Shown in pieces: positions 32,801 through 35,800 of a stretch of DNA of 36,978 nucleotides; within the stretch, counting starts at the first letter, position 1; every line of letters begins with the position of its first letter. The notes under the pieces are model-generated. The model had not been told where the DNA came from and searched no databases. It saw nothing but the letters and a program-made list of their open reading frames with translations. This stretch comes from Candidatus Omnitrophota bacterium (lineage in GTDB: Bacteria; Omnitrophota; Gorgyraeia; JAHJTE01), in the NCBI GenBank assembly GCA_018830005.1, contig JAHJTE010000003.1:265674-302651 (forward strand), read 5' to 3'. The position numbers were made by a program, and so were the translations under genes.

Positions 32801-35800
32801 TTATTTCTTCTAAAATCCTCGAAATCTTTCCTGGTTAAACCTAATTTATAAAATACTGCTACTAAGGCATCTATGTAGGAACCATTAAAGCAAGAGACAG
32901 TATCTTTATCCATCACGCTAGCTAATTCCCAAATTAGGAAATGGCCTCCTGTTATATACAGGATACTGGTCTTTAAGACCTCTTTTTCTCTATCTGATAA
33001 GTTCTTCAGATTATCATATCTATCTATAATATCCGGCCTATATTTGCCAAGAAAATGTCTCGCATTCTCTATGGATTTCTCAAGAGTTGACCAGTCCAAA
33101 GGAAAATCAAATCTAGTTAAGTTAAGTTCAGGGAATAAATCAATAAGAACACCAATGTGAGAATTGTATTCAAGGTTAGTCCTCTGATCCCTGGCACCAG
33201 AAAGTCTCCAATTATCAAAGCAACGCTTGGTTATTCTGCAGACGTCGTATCTTAAAGCCGCCTGTTCCTGAATCGACAGATTCTTAAAGTTAGTATATCT
33301 TTCTATAATGTCAGGTCTGTATTTGCCAATAATATCCCGTGCGTGCTTTAGTGTGTTTTGCGCAATTCTATAAGGCCATGCATCTGAATCAGGCAATTCT
33401 AGCTCTAGGCCTTGTTCAGTTAGAAGATGCGATACAGAGGCAACATTGCCTTCATTATCAAGGACTAGTTTATTTTCACCAATTTTTTCTCTGATTTTTT
33501 TACCCTCTCTTAAATACACACCAACAATTACTTCATTATTGCTGCTCTTTAATACCCCCCAATATACTTCTTGCAGTGCATAAGGCAGATAGCCGCCCAG
33601 GACCTTGCCAGCAAAAATCATATATATGTTTCCTAAGGCATCCACCCGAGCCGGAACAAGCCGTGGATAAGGTCTTCGACGTATACTCTTAAACCACTTA
33701 CTGCATCTAGACCCAAGCTCTATGCGCATAATATATTCTTGAGGGCTTTCATAAACTCGTGGTCGATCAGTACCATTTTTCACTGAAATTTCAGAGCCGT
33801 TGCGTCTAATTCTATAGTAGCGCTGATATGCTAACTCTGCTCCCCTTGTACTTAATCTATAGAATCTTAATATAAACCAGTCTCTGCCTCTCTGGCCCGC
33901 AGCAATCCTTATCTTTTGGCCTCTTGAGTGCTCTGGTATTTCAAGTCTAAAATTATCATTTATTTTTATGTCAGAATTAAAAATGTCCTCGATTGGTTCT
34001 GGCTGTTCTACTTTAGCACCTCCTAAGATGAAGGCCCATAATTGTTTAGTGAATCTTTTCCTGAGTGCCTTTTTGATTTTTCTGGCTTGTTTTTCTTTCT
34101 CTCTTCTACTTAAAAATTCACTATACCCGTCTTCCCCATAAAGATATCTTGCAACTCTATCTATTGCCTTCTCTATAAGTATCCGGATATCTTCGCGGCT
34201 ACGACCACCCATTTCTCTTCCAATCTCAACAAGGCTATTATCTTTAGACTCTAGCTTCTTAGAAAGGGCACATCTTTGAAGTTCCGTAAGTTTGGCCTTT
34301 GATAAAATCTCTGCTAATTTTCCCTCACGCTGCATAACTTGAAGACTAGCCCATGGATCTTTAGCACTAGGATCTTGAACTTCGTCTATATCGCCTGTTC
34401 TGTAATATCGCTTTATATTGGAAGAGGCTATACAGGAGGAAACATCTGAAAGCCTAAGTAGTCCAGAAGCGGTCTTAGCGTCCACTCTCAGATAATCCAT
34501 GATTTCTAATTGCGTTGGTTCTTCTAAGCCTTCCTCTAAGCCCAGCATTACTTTAAGTTTTATAACAGCTCTTTTTAGATTGAGCTCTCTATAAGGAGTA
34601 AATCCTAGAAAATCATATACTTGCCCTAGAGTCTGATACCTTGCATAATCAATGAAACTTTTGCCTTTGCTGTAATCAAAATATTTAAATGCTACTAATC
34701 TTAAGGCCTCACGTATAAAGTCCTCAAATCTCCCCTGGGTTATTCCTAAGGAGTATATTCTACTTTGAACCAACTTATACCCGAATTTAAAATAAATAAA
34801 TCCTTCTGCGTCTCTAAGATATAAATTACCCAACTCCTCTAATGCCTGCTCATCAGCGTCTCTTTTATAACGCCTAAGTAAGATCTGTGCCTGAATGGTT
34901 TTGTTGTCTATGCGACATACCAAACCATCATAAGTCCAGCTGCTATTCGGATGAAGTGCTGAATGTAAATTTAGCCGTCTAAAGCATGCACCCTTTAAGT
35001 AATGCGCAAGGGGATGTCTCATCTTTTGAGCGTTGCCATTACCATTAATCTCATCTAAAACATTGGGCTTAAAATATAAGCTGTTTATTTTAAACTTCTG
35101 CTCTAAGATAGCTTTCAAATTTAGCAATGTTGCTATTTGCCAAGATGCCTCTACTTCAGCAACAGCCTTAGAATCACTCCTTCTATATCCATTAGTCTTA
35201 ATATCAGAGACTAAAAATGAACTGGCTTCTTTGCCTTCAATATTTACAAACATACCAGTAATGCGCCCATATGAACCATTGCCATTAGAATGTGCCAAGG
35301 CTTTATTATCTTGAAAAGGATAGACGTCAATATATATTTTACCATTAGCATTTCCAGGCTGAGTTGCCTTAAGTCTTGCCTCTGTTCTTATATCTCCATA
35401 ACCCCATTCCAATGCGGGGTTTGCCTTTATTGCTGCTCTTAAGGTCTGTAGGGAATTTCTCATACCTTTCTTAGCATTTAAACTAGCAAGCACCCCAGCA
35501 AGAAACACCTGTTGGCTGGAAAAATAACCAGAAACAAAAGACTGAATATCAGGATTAAGTGAGAAAATGATTGATGCTTGATGGTTGATATTTGAGAAGA
35601 AAGGAAGAACTTGCGAGAGGTAATTTGTTACCGATGAGAAGAATTGACCGATAACTAATGCTGGTGGTGCCTGGGGCTGCAGTGTGTCTGTAAGTATTCC
35701 CTGCGTATGGCTGATTTCAAAACTAAATAAACACGTCAATAAAAGCAAAGATAATATTAATGGCGATTTAACAACCAGACCAAGACGTTGGGTATTTTTG

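Noticed and set aside
34900-35460. Possible GNAT-like fold (GYRR...INSLYF...YLKGACF)
   Set aside because: The acetyl-CoA binding motif is too degenerate to support by eye.
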